A stretch of DNA of 64,000 bases from Alphaproteobacteria bacterium (GCA_045578445.1 JAZNKG010000019.1:21-64020), one strand, 5' to 3'; positions 19,691 through 28,213 are shown, counted from the first letter of the stretch. A program made the numbers and translations. The notes: generated by a model from the sequence alone, not told the origin.

Positions 19691-21106
19691 ATGGAAAAGT
19701 ACGACTTACTTTCTGATAAAGCCCAAGGTTTTATCAATCCTAAAAAAATTGAAGAAGTACTAAGCAAAGCAAGCACAAATAGCACAAATAATGTCTTAGC
19801 AGAAGAAATTCTTGCCAAGGCTAGTGCTATGAAGGGTTTAAGTCCAGAAGAGGCTACCATTCTGCTCCTAAATCAAGACCAAGACATAACTTTAAAGATT
19901 TTTGCTCTTGCAGAAAAAGTCAAAAACACTTATTACGGCAATCGCATTGTATTGTTTGCACCATTGTATTTGAGCAATTATTGTGTAAATTCATGCACAT
20001 ATTGCCCATATCACATCTCAAACAAGCATATGCCTCGTAAAAAGATGACGCAAGAAGAAATCAGACAAGAAGTTATTGCTCTTCAAGATATGGGGCATAA
20101 ACGCTTAGCCTTAGAAACAGGTGAAGACCCAATTCATAATCCGCTAGAGTACATTCTTGAGAGTATAGATACAATATATAGCATTCGCCACAAAAGTGGA
20201 GTAATCCGCCGAGTGAATGTTAATATTGCCGCCACAAGTGTTGAAAATTATCGACGCTTAAATGCAGCAAATATTGGAACCTATATTCTTTTTCAAGAAA
20301 CCTACAATCAAGCCGAATATGAAAAACTTCACCCACGTGGTCCAAAATCAGATTACTCGTACCACACTCTAGCAATGGATAGGGCGATGGAAGCAGGTAT
20401 AGAAGATGTCGGACTCGGTGTTTTATTTGGACTACATAGCTATGCGTATGAGTTTTCAGCTCTTCTTATGCATGCCGAGCACCTCGAGGCTAAGTATGGA
20501 GCAGGGCCTCATACCATAAGTGTACCACGCTTACGACCGGCAGATGGAATCAGTGTTGAGAGTTTTCAAAATGCTCTTCCAGATGAAATCTTCCTAAAAA
20601 TTGTTGCACTTTTGCGAATTGCTGTACCATATACTGGTTTGATTATCTCTACAAGAGAAAGTGAAGATATCAGAGCAAAAGTATTAAAATTAGGCATTTC
20701 GCAAATAAGTGGTGGTTCAAAAACCTCAGTCGGTGGCTATGCAGTAGAAAAACAAACTGACAGTTCACAGTTTGAAATTGCAGATAACCGCACACTTGAT
20801 GAGGTTGTTCGCTGGCTAATGCAACTAGGCTATGTACCAAGCTTTTGTACTTCTTGCTATGCAAATGGAAGACAAGGACAAGATTTTATGGAAATCTGTA
20901 AAAAACAGCAAATCCACAAATTCTGCACTCCAAATGCACTCTTAACATTAAGAGAATATCTAAATAATTACGCAAGTGATGAAACTTACGAAATAGGGCG
21001 ATTGCTCTTAATCGATGAGTTAAACAAGCTAAATCCATTTGGTTTTGCTTGTATGCGTGAAAGAATAGATATTCTTGATAAAACAGGAGTCGTAAAGTTC
21101 TTCTAA
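19691..21106 (+). CDS. hydG: Radical SAM tyrosine lyase HydG ([FeFe]-hydrogenase H-cluster maturase family)
   Basis: 471 aa with radical SAM motif CVNSCTYC (C98, C102, C105; nt 19982-20005). The C-terminal CTSC-X22-C (C386, C389, C412; nt 20846-20926) is the CX2CX22C motif that separates HydG from the shorter ThiH. Confidence 0.8.
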   Translation: MEKYDLLSDKAQGFINPKKIEEVLSKASTNSTNNVLAEEILAKASAMKGLSPEEATILLLNQDQDITLKIFALAEKVKNTYYGNRIVLFAPLYLSNYCVNSCTYCPYHISNKHMPRKKMTQEEIRQEVIALQDMGHKRLALETGEDPIHNPLEYILESIDTIYSIRHKSGVIRRVNVNIAATSVENYRRLNAANIGTYILFQETYNQAEYEKLHPRGPKSDYSYHTLAMDRAMEAGIEDVGLGVLFGLHSYAYEFSALLMHAEHLEAKYGAGPHTISVPRLRPADGISVESFQNALPDEIFLKIVALLRIAVPYTGLIISTRESEDIRAKVLKLGISQISGGSKTSVGGYAVEKQTDSSQFEIADNRTLDEVVRWLMQLGYVPSFCTSCYANGRQGQDFMEICKKQQIHKFCTPNALLTLREYLNNYASDETYEIGRLLLIDELNKLNPFGFACMRERIDILDKTGVVKFF

Positions 21107-21116
21107 CACTAAGATT

Positions 21117-21155
21117 AATCCCCTTAATACATAATGTATGAGGGGATTTTTTTTA
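21117..21155 (+). terminator. Rho-independent terminator after hydG
   Basis: Stem AATCCCCT/AGGGGATT followed by a T-run. Confidence 0.75.
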
Positions 21156-21168
21156 TTTAATTTTTTTA

Positions 21169-21197
21169 TTGACAAATAAACAAAAAAGCGGTATAAC
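21169..21197 (+). promoter_or_regulatory. Sigma-70-type promoter candidate for the 245-aa ORF
   Basis: TTGACA (21169-21174), 17-nt spacer, TATAAC (21192-21197). Confidence 0.45.
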
Positions 21198-21245
21198 TAC
21201 ACTGCTACTCTATAATTGTGTAAAAAAAAATAAAAAAATAAAGTT

Positions 21246-21983
21246 ATGTTAATTAATTCTCTAATCATGATCTTCATCAAGTTCAATAACTTGAAGAAGT
21301 TTAAGGAGCATATACAGAACAATGCTCTTGATGACGAAATCGTCAACTACCTGATAAAAGAACAGAAAATTGAATTCCTCAAAGAGTACGTGGTCTATCA
21401 TCCACTCTCCGAGGAACAAATCAAAAAGATTTTCGCATCACCTGATGTTACACCTTTAATGCTTGCAATGGCACGAGTTTTGGATTTGACGCCAGAACAG
21501 CAGAAAGTTATCATCAGTAAGAAGAATGCAATGCTTTTTGAAGCGTATCTATTCCCTCAGGGTATTTTTGATTTAAATCGTCGCTTTAAAAACGATGCGG
21601 AAACGCTCTTTGTTGCAACAATGACCGAGATAAACTCTCAGGTAGGAATTGAGGCTTATAGAACCTACGTAGATAATCATTATCGCCGTATGTTAACAAT
21701 GGATGTTCTTGAAATCATTATTGAGTATCCAGAAAGTTATGCCGCAAAATACTTACTGCAAAGAGCAAAGCTCAAAAAAGAGTATGAAGGTTTCTTTGTT
21801 GAAAATGCTCCAAGAGAGCTTTTAGCTCACTATCTTGAATACAATGATCTCAATCAGGAATATGCACAAGAGATTTTATTGCAAAGAGATTTTGAACTAA
21901 CAAAGTTTCATCAGGAGAAATACGGTCTTCGCCAAGGAGTGCAAAAAGACTATTTTGAGCAAAGACGCTATCGTATGAAGTAA
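21246..21983 (+). CDS. Hypothetical protein (245 aa)
   Basis: Stand-alone ORF with its own promoter candidate and terminator. No motif recognised. Confidence 0.6.
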   Translation: MLINSLIMIFIKFNNLKKFKEHIQNNALDDEIVNYLIKEQKIEFLKEYVVYHPLSEEQIKKIFASPDVTPLMLAMARVLDLTPEQQKVIISKKNAMLFEAYLFPQGIFDLNRRFKNDAETLFVATMTEINSQVGIEAYRTYVDNHYRRMLTMDVLEIIIEYPESYAAKYLLQRAKLKKEYEGFFVENAPRELLAHYLEYNDLNQEYAQEILLQRDFELTKFHQEKYGLRQGVQKDYFEQRRYRMK

Positions 21984-21987
21984 ATTT

Positions 21988-22023
21988 AATCCTCTGTATC
22001 GTTGCACGAACAGAGGATTTTTA
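21988..22023 (+). terminator. Rho-independent terminator
   Basis: Stem AATCCTCTG/CAGAGGATT followed by a T-run. Confidence 0.75.
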
Positions 22024-22071
22024 TTGCCAACAACAAAATTACTATGTAAATTATTAAAAAAGGAGATACTT

Positions 22072-22638
22072 ATGGAAAAGTTTAAACCAAGAGAAAGTAT
22101 CCGCACAGAACGTCTGGTACTTTTAAAACGAGAGCACGAACACGACCAAGAAATGTGGCAAGCTATCGAAGAAAGTAGACCCGAAATTAGGGAATATTTA
22201 TTCTGGGTAGATGGTCAAAAATCACAAGAAGATGTTTTTAAATCAACAGATTTATTCCACAAATTATGGGATGAAGACGGTGAATGGGCATATGATATCT
22301 TTACTGTTGAGGATTATCATTTTATTGGCTGTGTTGGACCTCATGCAATAAGTTTCACAAATCAGTCAGCAGAACTTGGCTATTGGTTGCGTACTTCAGA
22401 AACAGGTAAAGGATACATGAAAGAAGCCGTGTTAGCTGTCGAAGAAGAACTTTTCAAAAATGGTATCCACCGTTTAGTAATACGTTGCGATGTTAACAAT
22501 GTAAAATCAGCAAATGTTGCTAAACGTGCAGGATATACCTTTGAAAGTAGAGCAAAAGAGGCAACTTATCACTACACAGGTCTGCATGATCTGGATACTT
22601 ATGTAAAAATAAGTCCATATCCAATCGTTGGATTTTAA
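22072..22638 (+). CDS. GNAT family N-acetyltransferase (RimJ/RimL-like)
   Basis: TERLVLLKRE..., ELGYWLRTSETGKGYMKEAV and NVKSANVAKRAGYTFE fit RimJ/RimL-type GNATs. I chose the ATG at 22072, 6 nt after AGGAG at 22061-22065, over the track's TTG at 22024. Confidence 0.8.
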   Translation: MEKFKPRESIRTERLVLLKREHEHDQEMWQAIEESRPEIREYLFWVDGQKSQEDVFKSTDLFHKLWDEDGEWAYDIFTVEDYHFIGCVGPHAISFTNQSAELGYWLRTSETGKGYMKEAVLAVEEELFKNGIHRLVIRCDVNNVKSANVAKRAGYTFESRAKEATYHYTGLHDLDTYVKISPYPIVGF

Positions 22639-22648
22639 TAAAGTATCT

Positions 22649-22679
22649 AATCCACCCTTAATCGGGTGGATTTTTTTTT
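22649..22679 (+). terminator. Rho-independent terminator
   Basis: Stem AATCCACCC/GGGTGGATT followed by a 9-nt T-run. Confidence 0.8.
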
Positions 22680-22763
22680 ATGCAAAAAAAATAGCTCTTA
22701 AACTTTTATTTACAATATCTATATAATATGCAATAAAATTAGTTTTAAAATTAGGGAGTTAAG

Positions 22764-23117
22764 ATGAAACATTTATTTACCGCTTTAATGTTTATTGCAA
22801 CAATAATGCTATCAGCATGTAATGAAAGTAGTGCTAAAAATGAAATTTATGTATTTTCACAACCAGGATGTGGGCATTGTATTAATGCACATGAATATAT
22901 GGAACGCTACTATAAAGACTATAATATAAAAGAAATAAACATAAGAGAAGGCGCAAACATAAACCAATTAATGAAATACGCAAAAAAATTCAAAGTTCCA
23001 CAAAATTCATTAGGAACACCATTTATTGTGATTGGTAATAATTACATAATGGGGTGGGGTAATGAGCAAGTAAAAGAATTTAATCGTTATGCTAAAGAAT
23101 TTAAAAATACAAAATAA
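22764..23117 (+). CDS. Lipoprotein-anchored glutaredoxin/thioredoxin-fold protein (CGHC)
   Basis: Lipobox MLSA-C near the N-terminus. The VFSQPGCGHCINAHEYM active-site motif and a later GTPFIVIG (cis-Pro region) indicate a thioredoxin fold. Confidence 0.7.
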   Translation: MKHLFTALMFIATIMLSACNESSAKNEIYVFSQPGCGHCINAHEYMERYYKDYNIKEINIREGANINQLMKYAKKFKVPQNSLGTPFIVIGNNYIMGWGNEQVKEFNRYAKEFKNTK

Positions 23118-23123
23118 AAGATT

Positions 23124-23152
23124 AAAGCCGTCAAACTTATGGCGGTTTTTAT
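23124..23152 (+). terminator. Rho-independent terminator
   Basis: Stem CCGTCA/TGGCGG (one G-U pair) followed by TTTTT. Confidence 0.6.
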
Positions 23153-23255
23153 TTTACTAAAACTTGTGCAAATAATTACTTTAGTCTTTTCAATAAAAAT
23201 ATCCTTACCTATACTAATCAAAGATAAAGTATTTTAATATATTTTGGAGATAATT

Positions 23256-24269
23256 ATGAGTGATAAAGCTATGAAAATAATACTTTCAGTATTAACTGCA
23301 GTATTGTTAGTTCTAATTGTATGTTTGTTTGCCTTCAAAGGTAATAACGCAAAAGTTGATTTAAATAAAATTGCATTGAGATCCGGTGATTTTCGTCAAT
23401 ACACATCTATGACACGTTCAAATGTTTTATCTGCAATGGAAAAAGCTTTTTCTCGCGTTGGATATAATGTTGTATCAACAACACAAGATAATCTATACCC
23501 TGTAAATGCAGAAGATGCTGGTGTAAATTTTTATGTTAGAGGATATACTCCATATAACGAGCTTAAAACAAAAGATAACGCTGTTAATATTTTGTATATA
23601 CGTGATTATGAAGTTCTATCTCAAGAAGAACTTGCTAGTTTTGACGGTATAGCAACATCATCTCCAGATTTTTATTCTTACGTAATGGGTGCAGGATACG
23701 CTGCTGTGTTCTTACCTGAATTTACAGATCCAAGTGTATATTATCCAGCTCCAAATCCAGCATTATCGCACAATTTATTATATGTTGGAGATAATGAACG
23801 CCATAGTCGTGCTATAGCAACAGCTTTAGAAGCTGAATTGCCTGTAGAAATTTATGGACGTTATTGGACAGGTAATATAGATGCAGAATATCTAAAAGGC
23901 GAATATATTCACGAAAATGAAATAGCTTCATATTTCTCATCAGCTAAAATTAACCTAGTGAATGTAACAGAGAATGAAGCAAAAATTGGTATAATTCCAT
24001 CTCGCATTTTTGATGTAGCATCTTCAAAAGGTTTTATAATAGCACCATACAATCCTCAAATAGAAAGAGTGTTTGGAGATTCTATTCCAATGTTTAAAGA
24101 CGCAAAAGAGTTAAAAGAACTTTACAATAAATACATTAATGATGATAAAGCACGTGCAGAAAAAGCTGAAAAAGCATATAAAATTGCAGTTTCAGAGTAC
24201 AATGTTGATGCATTTGTTCAACGTCTAAATGGTCTTGTAGAATTTTTAATTAATGAGAAAAAACTCTAA
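23256..24269 (+). CDS. CgeB-like glycosyltransferase-family protein (Glyco_trans_1_2-like C-terminus), membrane-anchored
   Basis: The ATG at 23256 lies 5 nt after GGAGA. It has an N-terminal TM helix. The C-terminal YGRYWTG...INLVN...IPSRIFDVASSKGFII...DAKELKELYNKYINDD resembles CgeB/DUF3880-type proteins. Confidence 0.5.
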   Translation: MSDKAMKIILSVLTAVLLVLIVCLFAFKGNNAKVDLNKIALRSGDFRQYTSMTRSNVLSAMEKAFSRVGYNVVSTTQDNLYPVNAEDAGVNFYVRGYTPYNELKTKDNAVNILYIRDYEVLSQEELASFDGIATSSPDFYSYVMGAGYAAVFLPEFTDPSVYYPAPNPALSHNLLYVGDNERHSRAIATALEAELPVEIYGRYWTGNIDAEYLKGEYIHENEIASYFSSAKINLVNVTENEAKIGIIPSRIFDVASSKGFIIAPYNPQIERVFGDSIPMFKDAKELKELYNKYINDDKARAEKAEKAYKIAVSEYNVDAFVQRLNGLVEFLINEKKL

Positions 24270-24743
24270 ATGATAAATAAAGCAAAGAAACTATATTTAT
24301 CTTTGTTAATATCCATAACGGCAGTGGTATTTTTTACCCTGCCGTTTTGGTCAACTGCTGAAGAAGTATATGTATATTCTTCAAAAGCGCTAAATTCACA
24401 TCAAGAACAATATTTAAAAGAATTAGAAAATCTTGGATACAAAATAAAAAAACAAGCCTCAAATAGTACTGTAGATAAAAATATAACTCTATACTTTTTA
24501 TCAATAGATGAAGCTAATCAAATACAATATTCAAAATCAAAATATAACTTTATATACATAGAAGAATATAATTCTATCACACTTGATAGATTGCACGGTT
24601 ATTCCATTATACTAACTCCACACAAAAATATATACGAACACTATGTTCGTTCAAATATTAAAACAGCACTACTAGATATAAAAAATCCGATAAAATCAGC
24701 TTTAAAATTCAAACAAATTTTAGATTGGTTAAAAAATAACTAA
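24270..24743 (+). CDS. Hypothetical exported/membrane-anchored protein (157 aa)
   Basis: The ATG directly abuts the upstream stop, suggesting translational coupling. N-terminal hydrophobic helix. Confidence 0.55.
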   Translation: MINKAKKLYLSLLISITAVVFFTLPFWSTAEEVYVYSSKALNSHQEQYLKELENLGYKIKKQASNSTVDKNITLYFLSIDEANQIQYSKSKYNFIYIEEYNSITLDRLHGYSIILTPHKNIYEHYVRSNIKTALLDIKNPIKSALKFKQILDWLKNN

Positions 24744-25435
24744 GCGGTTCTACTAATAATCTCAATAGAATCAAAAATTTCTTCTTCAATAACTTTATGC
24801 TCAATTCCGTCATACTCAATAGCTTCCCAGCAAATATCATGTTTATCTAACCACGATTTTGTAAAATCCAAAGTTTTATATTGAACACATTTATCACTAG
24901 AGCCATGGAATAAGTAAACATTAGGTCTAGAAAGAAGTTCTTTCTCAAGCATATCTTTTCCGCAAATAATTCCAGCTAAAGAAAATACTCCACCGAGCTT
25001 ATAACGTCTTGTGAGTCCAGTATAAATAGCAAGCATAGCTCCTTGAGAAAACCCCATAAGGTATGTATTTCTATTAGCTATAATATATTTTTTTTGAATG
25101 CTAGATATAAAAGAATTAACTTTTTTGGCCACATCACTAATTCTAGAACCTGTTTTGTTATAAATATCAACAATTTGCTCAACAGAAGATTCAGGATTTC
25201 TTCGAACAAGATTTGGATCCAAATCCACTAAAGCGTACCACTGTTTTTTTAGTGGATTTTTTTCACTTTGTAAATGAGCATCAGGTACAACAATCAAAGT
25301 ATCATTAAGAGACTGCTCAAAGATATTTGCAAAAGGTATAATATCATTAATATAACTATTATAACCATGTAGAAATACAATTAATTTGGTCGGATTTTTT
25401 GTATTTCCAAAAGTAGTATAGTTAAATTCAGTCAT
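24740..25435 (-). CDS. Alpha/beta hydrolase, phospholipase/carboxylesterase family
   Basis: Nucleophile elbow GFSQGAML, plus LHG..D near the N-terminus and FHGSSD near the C-terminus. Start moved to the ATG at 25435, preceded by GGAGA. Confidence 0.8.
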   Translation of the reverse strand: MTEFNYTTFGNTKNPTKLIVFLHGYNSYINDIIPFANIFEQSLNDTLIVVPDAHLQSEKNPLKKQWYALVDLDPNLVRRNPESSVEQIVDIYNKTGSRISDVAKKVNSFISSIQKKYIIANRNTYLMGFSQGAMLAIYTGLTRRYKLGGVFSLAGIICGKDMLEKELLSRPNVYLFHGSSDKCVQYKTLDFTKSWLDKHDICWEAIEYDGIEHKVIEEEIFDSIEIISRTA

Positions 25436-25575
25436 CCCAATCTCCAAAAAATTCTAATAGCTACCTTAATATAGATATATCGTTAATAAATACCTAATAA
25501 ATCAAATATTTATGGAATAAGGTATAAAAAGGCATAAATTTTTTAAAAAAAGACTATTGACTTTTATAAAAAACA

Positions 25576-25590
25576 GAACTAAAGTAGAAC
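25576..25590 (+). promoter_or_regulatory. Alphaproteobacterial SOS box (LexA operator) upstream of lexA
   Basis: GAAC-taaagta-GAAC direct repeat with a 7-nt spacer, 25 nt upstream of the lexA ATG. Confidence 0.75.
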
Positions 25591-25615
25591 AAAATTAAAT
25601 AACATAGGAGGGAAT

Positions 25616-26275
25616 ATGTTAACACCAAAACAACATAATTTATTGATATATATAGATGAATTTATTAAAGAACATGGTCATTCGCCATCTTTTGAAGAGA
25701 TGAAAGAGGCAATAGGGCTACGTTCAAAATCAGGAATTCACGCATTAATAAACTCATTAGAAGAAAGAGGTTTTATTAGAAAGTTAGCTCATAAAGCTAG
25801 GGCATTAGAGGTTCTAAAATTACCTAAAGCAGAAGCAAATATTTCACAGCCATCTAATATCGCTAATGATAATGCTGATGATGATTTTTCATTAATGATA
25901 CCTTTATATGGTAAAATAGCCGCTGGAACACCAATTGAGGCAATAGCCAATCCTTCAGAATATATTTATATACCTAAAAGCTTTTCAACACAATCTGAGT
26001 TATATGCTCTAACAATTGAAGGTGAATCTATGATAGAAGCAGGTATTTTTGATGGAGATACAGCAATAATTCGTCGAGCTGATAGAGCTAACAATGGTCA
26101 AATAGTTGTTGCTCTCGTGGATAATGAAGAAGCAACATTAAAGGTTTTAGATAAAAAGGCTGGCAACGAAGTTTGGTTACTACCTTGTAATAAGGAATAT
26201 AATCCAATAAAACTCACTGCGGATAGGTTAAAAATCCAAGGTGTTTTATATGGTATTGTTAGAAAATATAATTAA
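25616..26275 (+). CDS. lexA: LexA repressor
   Basis: Winged-helix N-terminus (GHSPSFEEMKEAIGLRSKSGIHALINSLEERGFIRK), Ala-Gly cleavage site (KIAAGTP), Ser (GESM) and Lys (ATLKV) catalytic dyad. Confidence 0.95.
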   Translation: MLTPKQHNLLIYIDEFIKEHGHSPSFEEMKEAIGLRSKSGIHALINSLEERGFIRKLAHKARALEVLKLPKAEANISQPSNIANDNADDDFSLMIPLYGKIAAGTPIEAIANPSEYIYIPKSFSTQSELYALTIEGESMIEAGIFDGDTAIIRRADRANNGQIVVALVDNEEATLKVLDKKAGNEVWLLPCNKEYNPIKLTADRLKIQGVLYGIVRKYN

Positions 26276-26286
26276 AGGATGATAAT

Positions 26287-26976
26287 ATGACTAAAATTGC
26301 AATTATCACTGCGATGGAAAGTGAATATAATTCAATATTTTCATTATATGATTTTAAATATACCGATGGTATAGCTAATACTATAGTGTATGATAAAAAA
26401 ATTGAATTAATTAAATCAGGAATTGGTAAAGTAAACGCTACTCTAGCTTCCTTTCAGGCTATTAGTAGAGGCGCTGATATTGTTATCACTACTGGTCTTG
26501 CAGGGGGTATAGATAGCTCATTAAATCAAGGTGATGCAGTTTTGGCTAACAGTGTATGTTATCATGATGTATGGTGTGGTAATCCAAACAAAATAGGGCA
26601 GGTGCAAGATTTTCCTTTATATTTCAATTCTCCCCAAGATTTATTAGAAAAAATCTTATTATCTGCCCCAAAAAACTATTTCAAACAAGGTCTAACTGTT
26701 ACAGGAGACCAGTTTTTAACAGATGCAAAGCGATTAGAAGAAATTAAATCACAATTTCCTTTAGCTTTAGCGGTAGATATGGAAAGTGCAGCAATAGCTC
26801 AAACGTGCTATATAAATCATAAAGAATTTTTATCCTTAAGGATAATAAGTGATGTTGTGGGTAAAACAGGTCAAGAAGAAGATTATAATAACTTCTGGAA
26901 GAATATGCCTAAAAAAGCATCAGAAATGGTGGATATGGTAGTTAAAGCTATTCCTACTAACAAGATTCATTTTTAA
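26287..26976 (+). CDS. mtnN: 5'-methylthioadenosine/S-adenosylhomocysteine nucleosidase
   Basis: IAIITAMESE, GIGKVNA and VDMESAAIAQ motifs are typical of Pfs/MtnN. Confidence 0.85.
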   Translation: MTKIAIITAMESEYNSIFSLYDFKYTDGIANTIVYDKKIELIKSGIGKVNATLASFQAISRGADIVITTGLAGGIDSSLNQGDAVLANSVCYHDVWCGNPNKIGQVQDFPLYFNSPQDLLEKILLSAPKNYFKQGLTVTGDQFLTDAKRLEEIKSQFPLALAVDMESAAIAQTCYINHKEFLSLRIISDVVGKTGQEEDYNNFWKNMPKKASEMVDMVVKAIPTNKIHF

Positions 26977-27019
26977 TGAATACAAATTATTATGTAGTTT
27001 CACTTTCTTAAAAAGAAGG

Positions 27020-27055
27020 AAAACCCACGTCATAGCCTACGTGGGTTTTTCTTTT
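27020..27055. terminator. Bidirectional rho-independent terminator
   Basis: Stem AACCCACGT/ACGTGGGTT with flanking A/T runs, between convergent genes. Confidence 0.8.
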
Positions 27056-27082
27056 ATATATTTAGTCTGTCAATATATTATT

Positions 27083-28213
27083 CTACATATTGGCAATTGT
27101 CATAATATATGCATTTAACATAGAATAAGAAAAAGATGAATAAATAAAGTATAATACCATATATCTTATTCCCATATTTTTATAGCAATCACTACAATAC
27201 ATAGCAACACCATATGTTGTATCATTTTTATTTTCTTCATAAAAGAAAGATACTAAAAATGTTTTTAATGCATAATACATCCAAGTCAAAACAGCAACAA
27301 ATGTTGATACTGCAAGTACTAAATTTGTTACATGTGTTGATAGATAGTTCTCTGCAGTTAAATTACCGCCAACATTCACATATTTAGCAAACAATAAAGA
27401 AAGTACAATCGTTGCAACAGTAGAATATGTCAAAGGTCTAAAGAAACCTTTCCATGCGCTAAAACCAGTGTCATACAAACGACGAACCATAAGAGATAAG
27501 TATACAAATACTTGCGCAAGTAAAAACAATAAAACAAACCAAGCATAAAAAGCATTAAAAGCACTAACATTATCTTCAATTAACGCCGGAGTTAATGTAG
27601 CAATAGCAGCAAAGAATAAAATAGAAGAAACGATGCTATTAAGTAGCATAAATGCCCAAGCTTCATATCTAGAAGTTCTACTCTTATATTTGAATATATT
27701 TTTGTAAGCTCTTGCCCAAGAAGCAAAAAAGTCCTTACCTTTACAGCAACAACAAGATTTAGTTTCTTGTTTTTGCTCAACAAATTTTTTAGTTTGAGCT
27801 TTTTTTACATTTTCTTTAACTGCTTCACGTTTTGTGCGAGCAGGAGTTGCTTTTTTACCAAGCTCTTCAACTTTTTCAGAAGTTACAGCAACTTTTTTAG
27901 TTGATGCTTTTGCTTCTTTTTTAGCTACTTTTACAGCTTTTTTATTTTCATTTTCGGCTTTAACAGCAAGAACGCTTGCCATATTATCAACATTCTCTTT
28001 TTGTAAAACTGGATTTTCTACAACTTCAGTAGGTTTAATACTTTTTGTAGCAGTTTTCTTTGTTTCTGCTTTTTTTACAGTAGTTTTTTTAGCTACAGTT
28101 TTTGTTGTAGCTTTCTTTTTAACATCAACAACTTTAGCTTCTGCATCTTTTTTAACATCAGCTTTTTCTAGTTTGGTAGATTGAGTTTTCTTACTAACCA
28201 TTTTATCCCTCAT
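27083..28213 (-). CDS. DUF805 (YhaH-like) membrane protein with histone-H1-like Lys/Ala/Thr-rich N-terminal domain
   Basis: aa 1-150 is K/A/T/V-rich (KKTTVKKAETKKTATK...). A CCCC run follows at aa 154-157 (nt 27743-27754). Then comes YKNIFKYKSRTSRYEAWAFMLLN with 5-6 TM helices, as in DUF805. Confidence 0.7.
   Translation of the reverse strand: MRDKMVSKKTQSTKLEKADVKKDAEAKVVDVKKKATTKTVAKKTTVKKAETKKTATKSIKPTEVVENPVLQKENVDNMASVLAVKAENENKKAVKVAKKEAKASTKKVAVTSEKVEELGKKATPARTKREAVKENVKKAQTKKFVEQKQETKSCCCCKGKDFFASWARAYKNIFKYKSRTSRYEAWAFMLLNSIVSSILFFAAIATLTPALIEDNVSAFNAFYAWFVLLFLLAQVFVYLSLMVRRLYDTGFSAWKGFFRPLTYSTVATIVLSLLFAKYVNVGGNLTAENYLSTHVTNLVLAVSTFVAVLTWMYYALKTFLVSFFYEENKNDTTYGVAMYCSDCYKNMGIRYMVLYFIYSSFSYSMLNAYIMTIANM

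Noticed and set aside
22024-22071. TTG start at 22024 for the GNAT gene.
   Set aside because: It would begin inside the upstream terminator T-run. The ATG at 22072 has a well-spaced AGGAG, and the GNAT homology begins there.
21117-22679. Possibility that the AATCC...GGATT hairpins are integron attC sites marking gene cassettes.
   Set aside because: I found no RYYYAAC/GTTRRRY core sites, and there is no intI-like gene in the window. Each hairpin is followed by a T-run, as expected for plain intrinsic terminators.
27834-28184. 116-aa antisense ORF opposite the K-rich domain of the DUF805 gene. Similar antisense ORFs occur at 31981-32376, 46480-46866 and 56355-56657.
   Set aside because: All are complements of Lys/Glu/Asp-rich low-complexity coding sequence (AAR/GAR read as YTT/YTC), which gives Ser/Phe/Leu-rich artefacts.
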